24,000 nucleotides of DNA from an uncultured Atopobium sp. (GTDB lineage Bacteria; Actinomycetota; Coriobacteriia; Coriobacteriales; Atopobiaceae), in assembly GCA_963542025.1 (NCBI GenBank), contig CAUTUQ010000008.1, forward strand, positions 38,460 through 62,459, in the 5' to 3' direction. The position numbers were made by a program, and so were the translations under genes. The notes beneath the pieces are model-generated. The model did no database searches and was not told the origin of the DNA. It worked only from the letters and a program-made list of their open reading frames with translations. The stretch's first letter is position 1; each line of letters starts with the position of its first letter. Shown here piece by piece: positions 23,629 through 24,000 of this stretch.

Positions 23629-24000
23629 TTAATAAACCGTAATGGATTTCTTTTGAACATTTCCAGGCTCGCCACCTGAATATGTAACACCAACTCTTCC
23701 CGTTGGACCTAGAGAGATTGCATCTGTACAATAAACTGATCCAGGAGACCAATTGCCTCCTCCAGACAAATGATTTGCTCCATACGCAGATCGCTTAGGC
23801 GTCCATACTGAAGCAGTGCTTCCAGGCTCCATGTTACTACCCCGACGAACAGTTACTCTAACCCAACACCACCTGTTACCTCCGTAAATGCCCAATCTGA
23901 GCTCTACTCGAAAATAAGAAGTACTAAATTCAGACAGTGTCTCCGTACTAATAAAATTCACGCTAAATGGATTAATGTTGCTACTCACACTTTCAATCAT
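23629..24000 (-). CDS. Hypothetical Gly/Ser/Thr/Trp-rich (probably all-beta) protein, likely truncated at its 5' end by the window edge
   Basis: The frame is open from the window edge to the stop at 23629. The sequence ...YGGNRWCWVRVTVRRGSNMEPGSTASVWTPKRSAYGANHLSGGGNWSPGSVYCTDAISLGPTGRVGVTYSGGEPGN... has no hydrophobic helices and no family I recognise. The ATG at 24000-23998 may be coincidental. Confidence 0.5.
   Translation of the reverse strand: MIESVSSNINPFSVNFISTETLSEFSTSYFRVELRLGIYGGNRWCWVRVTVRRGSNMEPGSTASVWTPKRSAYGANHLSGGGNWSPGSVYCTDAISLGPTGRVGVTYSGGEPGNVQKKSITVY

Larger units (their letters stand above)
20006..24000. mobile_element. Low-GC genomic island abutting the 3' end of tRNA-Glu; far boundary outside the window
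   Basis: Composition falls abruptly within a few bp of the tRNA CCA end, from GC-rich to strongly AT-rich. Gene content is Firmicutes-like (holin, PG-binding/DUF1906 protein) with AAGGAGG-type RBS. No integrase, transposase or convincing att repeat is visible in the 4 kb available. Confidence 0.6.

Noticed and set aside
23697-23706. 10 nt match (ttcccgttgg) to the T-arm/acceptor region of tRNA-Glu (19988-19997), considered as a possible attR-type direct repeat of the island.
   Set aside because: It is only 10 nt, lies inside a coding region, and does not include the tRNA 3' terminus. A chance match is likely, and the real boundary is probably beyond the window.

Overview
No tools were used. 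Homology calls come from recognising motifs by eye, and GC statements are visual estimates, not computed values. About 20 kb of the window looks like a GC-rich (by eye mid-50s %) Actinomycetota/Coriobacteriia-style chromosome, with many GTG starts, AAGGAG-type RBS and 1-11 nt gene overlaps. It is dominated by a nucleoside uptake and catabolism supercluster. On the minus strand lies the operon deoB-deoD-BMP lipoprotein-ABC ATPase-two permeases (1-6799). Divergent from it are an HTH-fused pseudouridine kinase and psuG (7207-9307). An ORF-free 770 bp region rich in repeats and hairpins follows. Next come a Crp-like regulator, a short YjjI-family glycyl radical enzyme and its YjjW-type radical SAM activase (10075-13453), convergent with deoC (13671-14312). 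A lower-GC insert (14468-~16000) carries a DUF559/Vsr-like hypothetical and a MITE-like inverted repeat. After it come an iron-type alcohol dehydrogenase, two translationally coupled paralogous helical-repeat proteins of unknown function, and tRNA-Glu(UUC) (19931-20005). Directly after the tRNA, composition drops abruptly (by eye low-30s %GC) into an island that runs to the window end. The island encodes a TcdE-like holin, a multi-TM protein, a 780-790 aa signal-peptide-less peptidoglycan-binding/DUF1906 protein with an unassigned C-terminal domain, and a partial beta-rich protein. The best candidates for new biology are the orphan glycyl radical enzyme pair linked to deo genes, the holin plus PG-hydrolase-like island, the paralog pair, and several dispersed or tandem non-coding repeats.
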